Below, one piece after another: positions 25,701 through 39,514 of a DNA stretch of 64,000 bases. Source of the stretch: Eledone cirrhosa (lineage: Eukaryota). The position numbers and the translations under genes were made by a program. The first letter of the stretch is position 1, and each line of letters opens with the position of its first letter. The stretch lies in assembly GCA_964016885.1 (NCBI GenBank), contig OZ024740.1, positions 231,570,001 through 231,634,000 of the forward strand, written 5' to 3'. Under the pieces are notes generated by a model that worked only from the letters and a program-made list of their open reading frames with translations, was not told where the DNA came from and made no database searches.

Positions 25701-28700
25701 TGTTTATAATAAACATTTTGAAGACCTAATCGCTATAGAATAGAATACGTCACGTATTACAATTAGATTCTCGATAAAAGCAAGGGAAGTAATCTACGCG
25801 TTTCATTCTTGTTAGAATTCATCAGGACTACATATCCAGTGCTTTTATCGAGAATGACACAGCTAGAGACTTATAGAATACTTAGCTGTGTACAGGAACT
25901 GGTTTGAAAGAGCGGTTGCCGGTCCGGCAGAAATTAGAAATTGGAATAAATGCTCTGAAATAGCGATATATATGTGAATATAGACATAGAATATTCGAAA
26001 ATATTCTGTATGTTTATAATAAACATTTTGAAGACCTAATCGCTATAGAATAGAATACGTCACGTATTACAATTAGATTCTCGATAAAAGCAAGGGAAGT
26101 AATCTACGCGTTTCATTCTTGTTAGAATTCATCAGGACTACATATCCAGTGCTTTTATCGAGAATGACACAGCTAGAGACTTATAGAATACTTAGCTGTG
26201 TACAGGAACTGGTTTGAAAGAGCGGTTGCCGGTCCGGCAGAAATTAGAAATTGGAATAAATGCTCTGAAATAGCGATATATATGTGAATATAGACATAGA
26301 ATATTCGAAAATATTCTGTATGTTTATAATAAACATTTTGAAGACCTAATCGCTATAGAATAGAATACGTCACGTATTACAATTAGATTCTCGATAAAAG
26401 CAAGGGAAGTAATCTACGCGTTTCATTCTTGTTAGAATTCATCAGGACTACATATCCAGTGCTTTTATCGAGAATGACACAGCTAGAGACTTATAGAATA
26501 CTTAGCTGTGTACAGGAACTGGTTTGAAAGAGCGGTTGCCGGTCCGGCAGAAATTAGAAATTGGAATAAATGCTCTGAAATAGCGATATATATGTGAATA
26601 TAGACATAGAATATTCGAAAATATTCTGTATGTTTATAATAAACATTTTGAAGACCTAATCGCTATAGAATAGAATACGTCACGTATTACAATTAGATTC
26701 TCGATAAAAGCAAGGGAAGTAATCTACGCGTTTCATTCTTGTTAGAATTCATCAGGACTACATATCCAGTGCTTTTATCGAGAATGACACAGCTAGAGAC
26801 TTATAGAATACTTAGCTGTGTACAGGAACTGGTTTGAAAGAGCGGTTGCCGGTCCGGCAGAAATTAGAAATTGGAATAAATGCTCTGAAATAGCGATATA
26901 TATGTGAATATAGACATAGAATATTCGAAAATATTCTGTATGTTTATAATAAACATTTTGAAGACCTAATCGCTATAGAATAGAATACGTCACGTATTAC
27001 AATTAGATTCTCGATAAAAGCAAGGGAAGTAATCTACGCGTTTCATTCTTGTTAGAATTCATCAGGACTACATATCCAGTGCTTTTATCGAGAATGACAC
27101 AGCTAGAGACTTATAGAATACTTAGCTGTGTACAGGAACTGGTTTGAAAGAGCGGTTGCCGGTCCGGCAGAAATTAGAAATTGGAATAAATGCTCTGAAA
27201 TAGCGATATATATGTGAATATAGACATAGAATATTCGAAAATATTCTGTATGTTTATAATAAACATTTTGAAGACCTAATCGCTATAGAATAGAATACGT
27301 CACGTATTACAATTAGATTCTCGATAAAAGCAAGGGAAGTAATCTACGCGTTTCATTCTTGTTAGAATTCATCAGGACTACATATCCAGTGCTTTTATCG
27401 AGAATGACACAGCTAGAGACTTATAGAATACTTAGCTGTGTACAGGAACTGGTTTGAAAGAGCGGTTGCCGGTCCGGCAGAAATTAGAAATTGGAATAAA
27501 TGCTCTGAAATAGCGATATATATGTGAATATAGACATAGAATATTCGAAAATATTCTGTATGTTTATAATAAACATTTTGAAGACCTAATCGCTATAGAA
27601 TAGAATACGTCACGTATTACAATTAGATTCTCGATAAAAGCAAGGGAAGTAATCTACGCGTTTCATTCTTGTTAGAATTCATCAGGACTACATATCCAGT
27701 GCTTTTATCGAGAATGACACAGCTAGAGACTTATAGAATACTTAGCTGTGTACAGGAACTGGTTTGAAAGAGCGGTTGCCGGTCCGGCAGAAATTAGAAA
27801 TTGGAATAAATGCTCTGAAATAGCGATATATATGTGAATATAGACATAGAATATTCGAAAATATTCTGTATGTTTATAATAAACATTTTGAAGACCTAAT
27901 CGCTATAGAATAGAATACGTCACGTATTACAATTAGATTCTCGATAAAAGCAAGGGAAGTAATCTACGCGTTTCATTCTTGTTAGAATTCATCAGGACTA
28001 CATATCCAGTGCTTTTATCGAGAATGACACAGCTAGAGACTTATAGAATACTTAGCTGTGTACAGGAACTGGTTTGAAAGAGCGGTTGCCGGTCCGGCAG
28101 AAATTAGAAATTGGAATAAATGCTCTGAAATAGCGATATATATGTGAATATAGACATAGAATATTCGAAAATATTCTGTATGTTTATAATAAACATTTTG
28201 AAGACCTAATCGCTATAGAATAGAATACGTCACGTATTACAATTAGATTCTCGATAAAAGCAAGGGAAGTAATCTACGCGTTTCATTCTTGTTAGAATTC
28301 ATCAGGACTACATATCCAGTGCTTTTATCGAGAATGACACAGCTAGAGACTTATAGAATACTTAGCTGTGTACAGGAACTGGTTTGAAAGAGCGGTTGCC
28401 GGTCCGGCAGAAATTAGAAATTGGAATAAATGCTCTGAAATAGCGATATATATGTGAATATAGACATAGAATATTCGAAAATATTCTGTATGTTTATAAT
28501 AAACATTTTGAAGACCTAATCGCTATAGAATAGAATACGTCACGTATTACAATTAGATTCTCGATAAAAGCAAGGGAAGTAATCTACGCGTTTCATTCTT
28601 GTTAGAATTCATCAGGACTACATATCCAGTGCTTTTATCGAGAATGACACAGCTAGAGACTTATAGAATACTTAGCTGTGTACAGGAACTGGTTTGAAAG

Positions 28701-28860
28701 AGCGGTTGCCGGTCCGGCAGAAATTAGAAATTGGAATAAATGCTCTGAAATAGCGATATATATGTGAATATAGACATAGAATATTCGAAAATATTCTGTA
28801 TGTTTATAATAAACATTTTGAAGACCTAATCGCTATAGAATAGAATACGTCACGTATTAC
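19781..28860 (-). mobile_element. Left arm of a retrozyme-like array: ~29.3 head-to-tail 310-bp units, one hammerhead per complete unit on the minus strand
   Basis: tagacataga recurs every 310 bp from 19781; units essentially identical; starts directly after (TA)n. Confidence 0.92.
19899..19941 (-). ncRNA. Minimal type I hammerhead (first of 29 in the left arm, period 310 bp)
   Basis: Minus strand: GUAGUC-CUGAUGA-AUUCU-aaca-AGAAU-GAAA-CGC-GUA-GAUUAC. Confidence 0.9.
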
Positions 28861-31017
28861 CGGACCGGCAACCGCTCTTTCAAACCAGTTCCTGTACACA
28901 GCTAAGTATTCTATAAGTCTCTAGCTGTGTCATTCTCGATAAAAGCACTGGATATGTAGTCCTGATGAATTCTAACAAGAATGAAACGCGTAGATTACTT
29001 CCCTTGCTTTTATCGAGAATCTAATTGTAATACGTGACGTATTCTATTCTATAGCGATTAGGTCTTCAAAATGTTTATTATAAACATACAGAATATTTTC
29101 GAATATTCTATGTCTATATTCACATATATATCGCTATTTCAGAGCATTTATTCCAATTTCTAATTTCTGCCGGACCGGCAACCGCTCTTTCAAACCAGTT
29201 CCTGTACACAGCTAAGTATTCTATAAGTCTCTAGCTGTGTCATTCTCGATAAAAGCACTGGATATGTAGTCCTGATGAATTCTAACAAGAATGAAACGCG
29301 TAGATTACTTCCCTTGCTTTTATCGAGAATCTAATTGTAATACGTGACGTATTCTATTCTATAGCGATTAGGTCTTCAAAATGTTTATTATAAACATACA
29401 GAATATTTTCGAATATTCTATGTCTATATTCACATATATATCGCTATTTCAGAGCATTTATTCCAATTTCTAATTTCTGCCGGACCGGCAACCGCTCTTT
29501 CAAACCAGTTCCTGTACACAGCTAAGTATTCTATAAGTCTCTAGCTGTGTCATTCTCGATAAAAGCACTGGATATGTAGTCCTGATGAATTCTAACAAGA
29601 ATGAAACGCGTAGATTACTTCCCTTGCTTTTATCGAGAATCTAATTGTAATACGTGACGTATTCTATTCTATAGCGATTAGGTCTTCAAAATGTTTATTA
29701 TAAACATACAGAATATTTTCGAATATTCTATGTCTATATTCACATATATATCGCTATTTCAGAGCATTTATTCCAATTTCTAATTTCTGCCGGACCGGCA
29801 ACCGCTCTTTCAAACCAGTTCCTGTACACAGCTAAGTATTCTATAAGTCTCTAGCTGTGTCATTCTCGATAAAAGCACTGGATATGTAGTCCTGATGAAT
29901 TCTAACAAGAATGAAACGCGTAGATTACTTCCCTTGCTTTTATCGAGAATCTAATTGTAATACGTGACGTATTCTATTCTATAGCGATTAGGTCTTCAAA
30001 ATGTTTATTATAAACATACAGAATATTTTCGAATATTCTATGTCTATATTCACATATATATCGCTATTTCAGAGCATTTATTCCAATTTCTAATTTCTGC
30101 CGGACCGGCAACCGCTCTTTCAAACCAGTTCCTGTACACAGCTAAGTATTCTATAAGTCTCTAGCTGTGTCATTCTCGATAAAAGCACTGGATATGTAGT
30201 CCTGATGAATTCTAACAAGAATGAAACGCGTAGATTACTTCCCTTGCTTTTATCGAGAATCTAATTGTAATACGTGACGTATTCTATTCTATAGCGATTA
30301 GGTCTTCAAAATGTTTATTATAAACATACAGAATATTTTCGAATATTCTATGTCTATTTTCACATATATATCGCTATTTCAGAGCATTTATTCCAATTTC
30401 TAATTTCTGCCGGACCGGCAACCGCTCTTTCAAACCAGTTCCTGTACACAGCTAAGTATTCTATAAGTCTCTAGCTGTGTCATTCTCGATAAAAGCACTG
30501 GATATGTAGTCCTGATGAATTCTAACAAGAATGAAACGCGTAGATTACTTCCCTTGCTTTTATCGAGAATCTAATTGTAATACGTGACGTATTCTATTCT
30601 ATAGCGATTAGGTCTTCAAAATGTTTATTATAAACATACAGAATATTTTCGAATATTCTATGTCTATATTCACATATATATCGCTATTTCAGAGCATTTA
30701 TTCCAATTTCTAATTTCTGCCGGACCGGCAACCGCTCTTTCAAACCAGTTCCTGTACACAGCTAAGTATTCTATAAGTCTCTAGCTGTGTCATTCTCGAT
30801 AAAAGCACTGGATATGTAGTCCTGATGAATTCTAACAAGAATGAAACGCGTAGATTACTTCCCTTGCTTTTATCGAGAATCTAATTGTAATACGTGACGT
30901 ATTCTATTCTATAGCGATTAGGTCTTCAAAATGTTTATTATAAACATACAGAATATTTTCGAATATTCTATGTCTATATTCACATATATATCGCTATTTC
31001 AGAGCATTTATTCCAAT
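28861..31017 (+). mobile_element. Right (inverted) arm of the 310-bp array: ~7 units, hammerheads on the plus strand
   Basis: Abrupt switch at cacgtattac|cggaccggca to the reverse complement of the unit; ends ttccaat into (TA)n. Confidence 0.92.
28956..28998 (+). ncRNA. Minimal type I hammerhead (first of 7 in the right arm); predicted cleavage after GUA, A28992
   Basis: Helix I GTAGTC/GATTAC, core CTGATGA 28962-28968, helix II ATTCT/AGAAT, GAAA 28983-28986, palindromic helix III ACGCGT. Outer stem ATTCTCGATAAAAGCA/TGCTTTTATCGAGAAT. Confidence 0.92.
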
Positions 31018-31529
31018 ATATATATATATATATATAAGGAGCAGAAATCCAACTGGAGTCTTTTTAAGAATATTTATTTGTTTCCTTTACCGGTTTCACA
31101 GTTCTTATGCTATTCAAAAGTAGAATTGAGATGGAAGGTTTGTGGTTTTTCTCGTATTGGTTGGTGTTCAAAAGTTATTTCTGTTTTATGTGGAAAGAGT
31201 GGCTCGAATTGCTGGGGTTTTAAAAAACTAATTTTGTTGGTTGATGACTGTCACGTGAATAAATCTAATAAATTTCGCGCCAGTTCGCGTCACAAAGTTC
31301 TTATTGTATTTGTCTTTAAAAATCTGACTCAAATTGTTGTTATTTTATAAGTGTAATTTGGTTGGTTGATGACTGTCACGTGAATAAGTTCATTAAATTT
31401 CGCGCCAGTTCGTGTTTGAGGGTTCTTTATTGCCATTTTCACGATTTCTCTTTTTCATGATTTGTCATAGAGAGTTTTGTCCCAAACAAAAGATGTGTGT
31501 GCGCCTGTATGTGTAATGGTAATAATGTT

Positions 31530-31727
31530 TTCTGGTTTAGGCATAAGGCCAAGAATTTGGTGGAGGTGAAAGCCCATTAAATCGATCCTTTACGTGACTG
31601 GTACTTCATTTTATCGACTCCGTAAGGATGAAAGGTAAAGCTAACCTCTGGATTCGAACTCAGAACACAAAGAGCCGTAACTCTATGCCTCGATGCATAT
31701 TGTCGGACGCTCTACCGATACTGCCAA
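31530..31727 (-). mobile_element. tRNA-derived SINE (same family as 15188)
   Basis: ctggtacttcattttatcgactccgtaaggatgaaagg...ctaccgatactgccaat. Confidence 0.8.
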
Positions 31728-33039
31728 TAATAATAAGTGCACTAGCAACCGAAATGTATGACAAAGTTATATCTGTATAAATACAGAATGTGTAACCAAG
31801 GCTGCACCAACATGTATAATCATATACATATATCTAATTTGTAGGCATGTGAACAGAAAGATAAATTTTCCTGTAAATTGAAAAAATTATAAAATCTTTA
31901 ACAGATTCCCAGATGTTATTGGACGCACATCAGAAGACAAGTATAACATCCTTTCAACAACAAGGAAACATGTTTTTGATAGATATATATATATATATAC
32001 CCATCCGCCCATACTAATGCACATACTAATTTGCATATAATTAGCGCTCATATTGGTAATTGATTATGTATGCATACTTATATGACTTTTATATCTGTAT
32101 GTATACACAGAATTGTGTTTATATCCCGCAATTTAGAGCTTAGAGAAAAATTGAGATCGATAAGTTTCAGAACTGAAAAACATATGTAATGTGGTTCATA
32201 TGCTCGACTAAATCAAGGCGGTGCCCCAGCACAACTGAAGTCTAATGACTGAAACAAGTAAAAGAATAAAAAAATATTTTTAAAAAAGCATAGCCTGAGA
32301 TATTTTAGGAATGTAGAACTGAAAATGGCCGCTTATGTCCTTTCGATACGTTCACATCAAACTCGACACAACTTTCACTTTTTAATGAACTGATTCTTGT
32401 AGAAAAGGCAAAATTCTAGTGATTGCATTTTGGAAGTATATTTAATATATATATATATTTTTTCAAAGGTCAGTAATTCTTCAATGCGACTTCGGCACGC
32501 CCTCATTTGAGCAGAGTGCGTTGAACAGAAGACATAAAGTCAACATGTTTACATAACACAGGCCGGCATTTAAATCGGTAATAAGACTGGTCACCTTAAC
32601 AGTCCGGTGCTAGTTACGGATGAGTGGATCTGAATTATGTGAGTCAATGGATTTGATCTTTCATCTATCTTTCCTATAGGTTACTTATTTATTCAATATC
32701 CGTGTGTGTGTGTGTGTGTGTGTTTGCGTGTGTGTGTGCGTGCACGCGTGTATGTGTGTGCGCGCGCGTGTGTGTGTGTGTGTGTGGATGAGTGTTTGTG
32801 TGTGTGTGTGAGAGAGAAGGGAAGAGGGGGAATGTGAGAGTGAAGGACAGAGAAAGAAGGAGGTGGAAAGAGAGGAAGAGATATGGAGAGCGAGGAAAAA
32901 AGAGAGGAAAGAACATGAGTGAATGAGCGTTTTTGTGTGTGTGTGTTGTGTGTGTGTGTGACTCACTTTGACACCGAGAATATTTACATAGTTTTATATA
33001 AACATGTATGTATGTATGTATGTATGTATGTATGTATGT

Positions 33040-33300
33040 ACGTTTTCTCTTTCTCTTAATTTCGAGTATATTTTTTTGACCGGCCACCTTCCTGGTGGCA
33101 AGGTTGTAAAAGAAAAGAAATTGTCATCCCTTGAATTGCAAGAATGTTTTGCAAATTTTGAAGGTGCCAGCTATCGCAGCCATTTGTAGACTATGAATTA
33201 GGGAGCTGCGCTCTTTGTCCGCAAATCCAAGTTCAGTCATACTTTGGTCCAAGCGGGTTGGTATATATCCCGTAGCACCAATAATGATGGGTATGAAGCT
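33040..33300 (-). mobile_element. Short 3' end of the R4/Dong-like family seen at 11188
   Basis: Reverse-complement match to 11188-11435; flanked by (TATG)n. Confidence 0.65.
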
Positions 33301-33374
33301 AAAGGTGTATGTATGTATGCATGTGTGTATGTATGTATGTGTGTATGTATGTGTGTATGTGTATGTATGTGTCT

Positions 33375-33650
33375 ACGTATGTCAGAATGTTCAACTCACG
33401 AGCGTAAGATCGTGAGTTCGCATCCAGGCGACACATTGTATTCTTGACCAAGACATTTTATTTCAAGTCGCTTTAGTTCACTCAGCTAGTAAGAAAGGCC
33501 AGCCTTGTTACAAATTGTGTCACACCGAGTCTCCCATTAAGAGTACACATATCTGTGGAATGCTCAGTCACTTTCACAATAATTTAATGCACAGGTTGTT
33601 CCGGTGATCGTATCAACTGGAACACTCTTCATCGAAACCGACGGAAAGCT
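33375..33650 (+). mobile_element. Decayed SINE of a second family
   Basis: B-box-like gtgagttcgcatcc; gtacacatatctgtggaatgctcag is shared with ~9740 and with 62170-62310 (minus). Confidence 0.55.
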
Positions 33651-34009
33651 AACACATGTATGGGCATATGTAGATAGTTAGTTCATTGTTTTACGATCGT
33701 TTCAGAGGGTTGATTGATCGATGGAGATCGATGTATCGACTAGCATGGTAGTGGTTAAGTTACTACCTATTTCTAGTCTCGAAATCCCTGTTCAATCGGC
33801 CGTCTTAAGAATTCAGATTATGTCTAACGCTTCGATACTAATAGACTGATGAAATAAGAAGCAATAGTTCTGCTTTCCGACCTCTAAATCATTGTAACCT
33901 GTATAGAGAACCAGTTGATATGGACATCTCAGAATCATAACTAGCGCGATACATTGGGATTTTAATAATTAATATCACATTATCTTATGCATTTATCATT
34001 GAAATGACT

Positions 34010-34145
34010 GTTCAAATCCCACCGAGGTTAACTTTGCCTTTCATCCTTACGGAGTCGATAAAATAAAGCGCCAGTAACGTATTGGGGTCGATTTAATCGA
34101 CTTTCCCCTCCCCCCAAATTACTGGCCTTGTGCCAATACTATAAA
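34010..34145 (+). mobile_element. 5'-truncated tRNA-derived SINE
   Basis: gttcaaatcccaccgaggttaactttgcctttcatccttacggagtcgataaaat. Confidence 0.8.
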
Positions 34146-34669
34146 TCATTATTGAAATGACTAGATTGTACTAACAATTGGTAAGCTGAATCCCGTGGGC
34201 ATTTAGAACAATAGGTAAGAGGTTATAATGGCTCTTTGAAACAAAATTTAGTTTCATCCATCTGGATTATTGCTTATAAGTATAGTCGACTAATACTGCT
34301 TCCTTAAATACTAATAAAAGACAATAGAAATTTTATTATTTTTTTGTTGCATCAAATACACAGACATTTAAATTTCCGAAAATCTTAGAAAGACTAATAC
34401 TAAACTAACATTGAATCTCCCTTATCAGATTCCACTGATTAGTGTTGAAGATTCAAACCTCGGCCTTAGAGTCGAAAGGCCGTAGTTGTTCAATATGTTT
34501 TGCTAATTCATCTGCAATGACCAGATAGAAATGCATTTTTAACAATAGACTTGAACATTTTTCGCAGTACGATTCCTGAGCAAATGAACATCAAAATATT
34601 GTATTTCAAATGAAAGTATTTTGGTAAAGTTTTCTGGAAATGCTGAAGGTTGCAAATGGGCACATATAT

Positions 34670-35160
34670 ACGAAGTGACGTTCTTATACACTTCCTGCAT
34701 CTCTCACTTTCTGTTACGCTGTTTAGTCCTGGCTGTTTATTTTATGACTTGAGATCTGGCCTAAGCGCAGCAGCATAGAGTTGTGGCATTAACAATGCAT
34801 TTAGGTCTGGTTCGCACGCATCCGTTCCGTTAATTATAGCCTTGAAGATCGACCTCAAGCAAAACTTCCATCTGACTTCAATGACGATCAACTGCGAGAG
34901 CTGGTAGAATCTGACCTCCGAAGTGCTTGGGGCATGAAAAAAAACCCATCTTCAATCACTTGCACGCATTAAGGAATATGTCTAAGCTGGACCAATGGGT
35001 GCCCCACAATCTGACAGACAGTAATCGCTAGTGTGACTTCTCTTACTCTCCAAACATCAGTCAACCAACTGGCTATGTTCCATTGTCATTGGTGATAAAA
35101 GCTGGTGTTTCCACATTAGTGTCAAGCACAAGTGATCGTGCGTTGATCGGCAAGTAAAGG
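34670..35160 (+). mobile_element. Mariner transposase relic
   Basis: Manual translation gives DFNDDQLRELVESD, IFNHLHAL...KLDQWVPHNLTD (mariner WVPHEL motif) and IVIGDKSW (IVTGDEKW-like), with frameshifts. Confidence 0.8.
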
Positions 35161-35179
35161 CTGGCCTCCAAGCTCCCAA

Positions 35180-35487
35180 CACACTATTGGGCACCTGGTC
35201 GAACTGACCATGGGATTTGTACTTAGAAAGTTCCCCTTCGAGGCACAAATCCGGGCAATGTTGTTTGTGGAAGACCAGCAGTCACCCATGGGTACCAGTC
35301 TTCCTACTCCACATCACCGATGTTGTCCAAGGAAAGGGCAATGGCCGATACAGCTTGAAAACAGTGACCTTGCAACTCATTTCTACAGCTGAGTGAACTG
35401 GAGCAACGGGAAATAAAGTGTCCGAGAATGGAACCCAGGAGCTCACGATTTCAAGCCCAAAGATTTAACCACTAAGCTATGCGCCTT
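35180..35487 (-). mobile_element. tRNA-derived SINE of a third family
   Basis: Minus strand begins ggcgcatagcttagtggttaaa (A-box-like) with gggttccattc (B-box-like). Confidence 0.6.
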
Positions 35488-35497
35488 CTTACACAAA

Positions 35498-35542
<45 letters not shown>

Positions 35543-35732
35543 AGATACAATTTCAATAAACAAACCAGGATTTTTTCATTCTGAGGATTGAAAGCAAAAC
35601 CTTTTGCTTTTAAGAAACCACTGGTAAATGGAATAATTGCCTTATGTTGTTTATTACATAATAATAATTAAGCTCTGTTGCTTACATAGAGCACTCTTTT
35701 TTCCTGGACATTTCCGATGGAATTACTTCATT

Positions 35733-35772
<40 letters not shown>

Positions 35773-35808
35773 TAGCGAAGCAAGTGCCTGTTGAGGTATC
35801 CATCCACT

Positions 35809-36188
<380 letters not shown>

Positions 36189-39148
36189 TTTACTAGATTT
36201 CTATAAGAATATAACAATTTTGTCACTACTTTAAAACAATAGCTTACGGTCTTCAAAATGCTTTTAATTAAGCATAAAGTGTATTGCAAAATACATTATA
36301 TATACATCCATATATATATTGCTATTTCAGAGCTCCAATTCTAATTTTTAATTTCTGCCTGACCAACAACGCTCTGCATAATCAGCTCCTGATTATTTAC
36401 TAGATTTCTATAAGAATATAACATCAATGAACTCAGTAAACAGGTGGGGTGTTTGGCCTTGATAAGCTTCAACCAAAGCGAAACAAGTCTTGTCGGCTTA
36501 TCTCCCCTGTTTGCTGAGATCAAAGTGAGTGAATTTGTCACTACTTTAAAACAATAGCTTACGGTCTTCAAAATGCTTTTCATCAAGCATAAAGTGTATT
36601 GCAAAATACATTATATATACATCCATATATATATTGCTATTTCAGAGCTCCAATTCTAATCTTTAATTTCTGCCTGACCAACAACCGCTCTGCATAATCA
36701 GCTCCTGATTATTTATTAGATTTCTATAAGAATATAACATCAATGATCTCAGTAAACAGGTGGGGTAGTTGGCCTTGATAAGCTTCAATCAAAGCGAAAC
36801 AAGTCTTGTCGGCTTATCTCCCCTGTTTGCTGAGATCAAAGTGAGTGAATTTGTCACTACTTTAAAACAATAGCTTACGGTCTTCAAAATGCTTTTCATC
36901 AAGCATAAAGTGTATTGCAAAATACATTATATATACATCCATATATATATTGCTATTTCAGAGCTCCAATTCTAATCTTTAATTTCTGCCTGACCAACAA
37001 CCGCTCTGCATAATCAGCTCCTGATTATTTATTAGATTTCTATAAGAATATAACATCAATGATCTCAGTAAACAGGTGGGGTAGTTGGCCTTGATAAGCT
37101 TCAATCAAAGCGAAACAAGTCTTGTCGGCTTATCTCCCCTGTTTGCTGAGATCAAAGTGAGTGAATTTGTCACTACTTTAAAACAATAGCTTACGGTCTT
37201 CAAAATGCTTTTCATCAAGCATAAAGTGTATTGCAAAATACATTATATATACATCCATATATATATTGCTATTTCAGAGCTCCAATTCTAATCTTTAATT
37301 TCTGCCTGACCAACAACCGCTCTGCATAATCAGCTCCTGATTATTTATTAGATTTCTATAAGAATATAACATCAATGATCTCAGTAAACAGGTGGGGTAG
37401 TTGGCCTTGATAAGCTTCAACCAAAGCGAAACAAGTCTTGTCGGCTTATCTCCCCTGTTTGCTGAGATCAAAGTGAGTGAATTTGTCACTACTTTAAAAC
37501 AATAGCTTACGGTCTTCAAAATGCTTTTAATTAAGCATAAAGTGTATTGCAAAATACATTATATATACATCCATATATATATTGCTATTTCAGAGCTCCA
37601 ATTCTAATTTTTAATTTCTGCCTGACCAACAACCGCTCTGCATAATCAGCTCCATATTATTTACTAGATTTCTATAAGAATATAACATCAATGATCTCAG
37701 TAAACAGGTGGGGTAGTTGGCCTTGATAAGCTTCAATCAAAGCGAAACAAGTCTTGTCGGCTTATCTCCCGTTTGCTGAGATCAAAGTGAGTGAATTTGT
37801 CACTACTTTAAAACAATAGCTTACGGTCTTCAAAATGCTTTTCATCAAGCATAAAGTGTATTGCAAAATACATTATATATACATCCATATATATATTGCT
37901 ATTTCAGAGCTCCAATTCTAATCTTTAATTTCTGCCTGACCAACAACCGCTCTGCATAATCAGCTCCTGATTATTTATTAGATTTCTATAAGAATATAAC
38001 ATCAATGATCTCAGTAAACAGGTGGGGTAGTTGGCCTTGATAAGCTTCAATCAAAGCGAAACAAGTCTTGTCGGCTTATCTCCCCTGTTTGCTGAGATCA
38101 AAGTGAGTGAATTTGTCACTACTTTAAAACAATAGCTTACGGTCTTCAAAATGCTTTTCATCAAGCATAAAGTGTATTGCAAAATACATTATATATACAT
38201 CCATATATATATTGCTATTTCAGAGCTCCAATTCTAATCTTTAATTTCTGCCTGACCAACAACCGCTCTGCATAATCAGCTCCTGATTATTTATTAGATT
38301 TCTATAAGAATATAACATCAATGATCTCAGTAAACAGGTGGGGTAGTTGGCCTTGATAAGCTTCAATCAAAGCGAAACAAGTCTTGTCGGCTTATCTCCC
38401 CTGTTTGCTGAGATCAAAGTGAGTGAATTTGTCACTACTTTAAAACAATAGCTTACGGTCTTCAAAATGCTTTTCATCAAGCATAAAGTGTATTGCAAAA
38501 TACATTATATATACATCCATATATATATTGCTATTTCAGAGCTCCAATTCTAATCTTTAATTTCTGCCTGACCAACAACCGCTCTGCATAATCAGCTCCT
38601 GATTATTTATTAGATTTCTATAAGAATATAACATCAATGATCTCAGTAAACAGGTGGGGTAGTTGGCCTTGATAAGCTTCAATCAAAGCGAAACAAGTCT
38701 TGTCGGCTTATCTCCCCTGTTTGCTGAGATCAAAGTGAGTGAATTTGTCACTACTTTAAAACAATAGCTTACGGTCTTCAAAATGCTTTTCATCAAGCAT
38801 AAAGTGTATTGCAAAATACATTATATATACATCCATATATATATTGCTATTTCAGAGCTCCAATTCTAATCTTTAATTTCTGCCTGACCAACAACCGCTC
38901 TGCATAATCAGCTCCTGATTATTTATTAGATTTCTATAAGAATATAACATCAATGATCTCAGTAAACAGGTGGGGTAGTTGGCCTTGATAAGCTTCAACC
39001 AAAGCGAAACAAGTCTTGTCGGCTTATCTCCCCTGTTTGCTGAGATCAAAGTGAGTGAATTTGTCACTACTTTAAAACAATAGCTTACGGTCTTCAAAAT
39101 GCTTTTAATTAAGCATAAAGTGTATTGCAAAATACATTATATATACAT

Positions 39149-39152
<4 letters not shown>
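36189..39152 (+). mobile_element. Right arm of the 316-bp array: one internally deleted unit plus 9 hammerhead-bearing units
   Basis: tgctatttcagagc at 36951, 37267, etc. (period 316); ends catcc into (TA)n; shares blocks with the 310-bp unit. Confidence 0.92.
36771..36814 (+). ncRNA. Type I hammerhead with a U3-A8 variant core (representative of 10 copies)
   Basis: GGCC-TTGATAA-GCTT-caatca-AAGC-GAAACAA-gtc-TTGTC-GGCT; outer stem GATCTCAGTAAACAGG/CCTGTTTGCTGAGATC. Confidence 0.85.
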
Positions 39153-39182
<30 letters not shown>

Positions 39183-39187
<5 letters not shown>

Positions 39188-39326
39188 AACGAGTAGGACC
39201 CCGACGGCTGAGCTCAAGCCGTTTAGACGGCTAATTCTGGACTGAATTAGCCGTCGAAACGGCTTGAACTCAGCCGTCGGGGTCCTACTTGTTCCTATTA
39301 CCTACTCTACTACCACATTTCTTCCG

Positions 39327-39408
<82 letters not shown>

Positions 39409-39490
39409 CGAAGGAAATGTGGTAAGGGACCAGGTGGACCATAACGCACCAAAGTACTCAATACTTAGGGTAGTAGAGTTGGTAATATTA
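39183..39490. mobile_element. Two partial copies of the ~200-bp fold-back family separated by (TA)n
   Basis: 39183-39328 (+, internal deletion in the tail) and 39406-39490 (-, tail only). Confidence 0.75.
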
Positions 39491-39514
39491 TTATATATAT
39501 ATATATATATAAAC

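Noticed and set aside
19781-31017. Centromeric satellite, or 5S/tRNA/snRNA gene array
   Set aside because: No recognisable 5S, tRNA or snRNA sequence; the hammerhead per unit and the inversion explain it better.
30931-31350. 139-aa ORF at the array end
   Set aside because: Chimeric read-through of repeat unit, (TA)n and an unrelated repeat; no protein motif.
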